The notes under the pieces were generated by a model, which saw nothing but the letters and a program-made list of their open reading frames with translations, searched no databases and had not been told where the DNA came from. From Eledone cirrhosa (taxonomy: Eukaryota), in contig OZ024744.1 in the NCBI GenBank assembly GCA_964016885.1, forward strand, positions 7,192,001 through 7,256,000: DNA of 64,000 nt, given 5' to 3'. Position numbers and translations under genes: made by a program. This document shows, piece after piece, positions 62,901-64,000 of this stretch (position 1 is the first letter of the stretch; every line of letters starts with the position of its first letter).

Positions 62901-64000
62901 GATGCCAGCTGTATATATAATTGTTTGATGCCACATATATATATAATTGTTTGATGTCACATGTATATATAATGTGTTGATGTCACATGTATATATAATT
63001 GTTTGATGTTACATGTATGTACAATTGTTTGATGTCAGGTGTATATATAATTGTATGATGTCAGGTGTATATATAATTGTTTGATGTCACATGTATATAT
63101 AATTGTTTGATGTCAGGTGTATATATAATTGTATGATGTCTGGTGTATATATAATTGTTTGAGGACAGGTGTATATATAATTGTTTGATGTCAGGTGTAT
63201 ATATAATTGTTTGATGTCACATGTATATATAATTGTTTGATGTCAGGTGTATATATAATTGTTTGATGTCACATGTATATATAATTGTTTGATTCCAGGT
63301 GTATATATAATTGTTTGATGCCAGGTGTATATATACTTGTTTGATGTCACATGTATATATAATTGTTTGATGTCAGGTGTATAGATAATTGTTTGATGTC
63401 AGGTGTAATATAATTGTTTGATATCAGGTGTATATATAATTGTTTGATGTCAGTTGTATATATAATTGTTTGTTGTCACATGTATATATAATTGTTTGAT
63501 GTCAGGTGTATATATAATTGTTTGATGTCACATGTATATATAATTGTTTGATGCCAGGTGTATATATAATTGTTTGATGCCAGGTGTATATATAATAGTT
63601 TGATGTCACATGTATATATAATTGTTTGATGCCAGGTGTATATATAATTGTTTGATGCCACATGTATATATAATTGTTTGATGTCAGGTGTATATATACT
63701 TGTTTGATGTCACATGTATATATAATTGTTTGATGTCAGGTGTATATATAATTGTATGATGTCAGGTGTATATATAATTGTATGATGTCAGGTGTATATA
63801 TAATTGTTTGATGTCAGGTGTATATATAATTGATTGATGTCACGTGTATATATAATTGTTCGATCTCAGGTGTATATATAATTGTTTGATGTCACATGTA
63901 TATATAATTGTATGATGTCAGGTGTATATATAATTGTTTCATGTCAGGTGTATATATAATTGTTTGATGTCAGATGTATATATAATTGTTTGATGTCACA
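57950..64000 (+). repeat. Tandem 104/106-monomer HOR (2704 and 2755 bp)
   Basis: ORF-track pairs 58017/60721, 58875/61579, 60045/62749 and 60071/62775 are all 2704 apart, and 60721/63476 are 2755 apart. Private markers AGGAGT (58617/61321) and GCTG (59703/62407) are 2704 apart. Confidence 0.85.

Larger units (their letters stand above)
1..64000 (+). repeat. 26-bp tandem satellite array, consensus TGTATATATAATTGTTTGATGTCA[GG|CA], ~2,460 head-to-tail copies, running off both window ends
   Basis: The monomer is readable on every line from position 1 to 64000. The GG-type monomer has T12 A7 G6 C1 and the CA-type has T12 A8 G4 C2. Spacings between identical ORF-track hits are multiples of 26 within a few bp (e.g. 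1143=44x26-1, 1742=67x26, 2704=104x26). No non-repeat stretch or orientation switch was seen. Confidence 0.99.
32500..64000 (+). repeat. HOR subfamily B domain of the satellite (boundary approximate; A-type island at ~43.3-44.0 kb)
   Basis: Diagnostic monomers first seen after ~32.6 kb: GATGACACATG (~32597), GATTCCAGG (~32960), GTATAGATAATT (~33048), GTCAGTTG (~33118), GTTCGATCTC (~33527) and TTTTATGAC. Confidence 0.75.

Noticed and set aside
2715-63661. All 61-87 aa minus-strand ORFs (MASNNY.../MTSNNY...) as protein-coding genes
   Set aside because: They are translations of the satellite itself (26-aa period = 3 monomers). They overlap each other in shifted frames and exist only where variant monomers remove the periodic TGA. 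There is no unique flanking sequence or domain-like content.
1-64000. CRISPR array
   Set aside because: The 26-bp units are directly adjacent with no unique spacers, and there is no leader or cas gene.
1-64000. Telomerase-made long telomeric repeat (budding-yeast-like 23-26 bp units containing GGTGTA)
   Set aside because: The unit length and G/T-rich strand are superficially similar. However, the 64-kb extent and kb-scale inherited variant patterns indicate recombinational amplification, not templated synthesis.
1-64000. TATATATAA as TATA boxes, and ATTGTTTG as Sox/forkhead sites
   Set aside because: These are low-complexity AT-rich matches in every monomer with no gene context, so they cannot be supported as regulatory elements.
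1-64000. Plasmid or phage iteron array, or a diversity-generating cassette system
   Set aside because: There is no rep, recombinase or reverse transcriptase gene. The copy number is orders of magnitude above iteron arrays, and the variants are copied in blocks rather than diversified independently.
1-64000. Pure sequencing or assembly artefact (e.g. rolling-circle concatemer)
   Set aside because: Hierarchical shared variants and distinct subfamilies imply a real evolutionary history. Exact copy numbers of the near-identical blocks still need read support.

Overview
The whole 64-kb window is one uninterrupted, single-orientation tandem array of a 26-bp AT-rich satellite, consensus TGTATATATAATTGTTTGATGTCA(GG/CA). 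It is about 25% GC and holds roughly 2,460 monomers (64000/26). I see no unique sequence, gene, RNA gene, transposon insertion, CRISPR spacer or inversion. All supplied minus-strand ORFs are by-products of the 78-nt (3-monomer) codon periodicity. The information lies in the monomer variants. (i) The most variable site is a dinucleotide that forms the NN of a CANNTG E-box, with two dominant states (CAGGTG, CACATG) and several minor ones. (ii) Diagnostic variant monomers define nested higher-order repeats (HORs) and recent duplications with periods of 12, 37, 44, 45, 65, 67-69, 104-106, 110-114 and 355 monomers. (iii) The HOR subfamily switches near 32.5 kb. (iv) The 26-bp register is kept very tightly despite a (TA)n core. 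This is most consistent with eukaryotic heterochromatic or (peri)centromeric satellite DNA; the organism and function cannot be determined from the sequence. I found no support for a novel protein-coding system, and the functional ideas below are hypotheses only.
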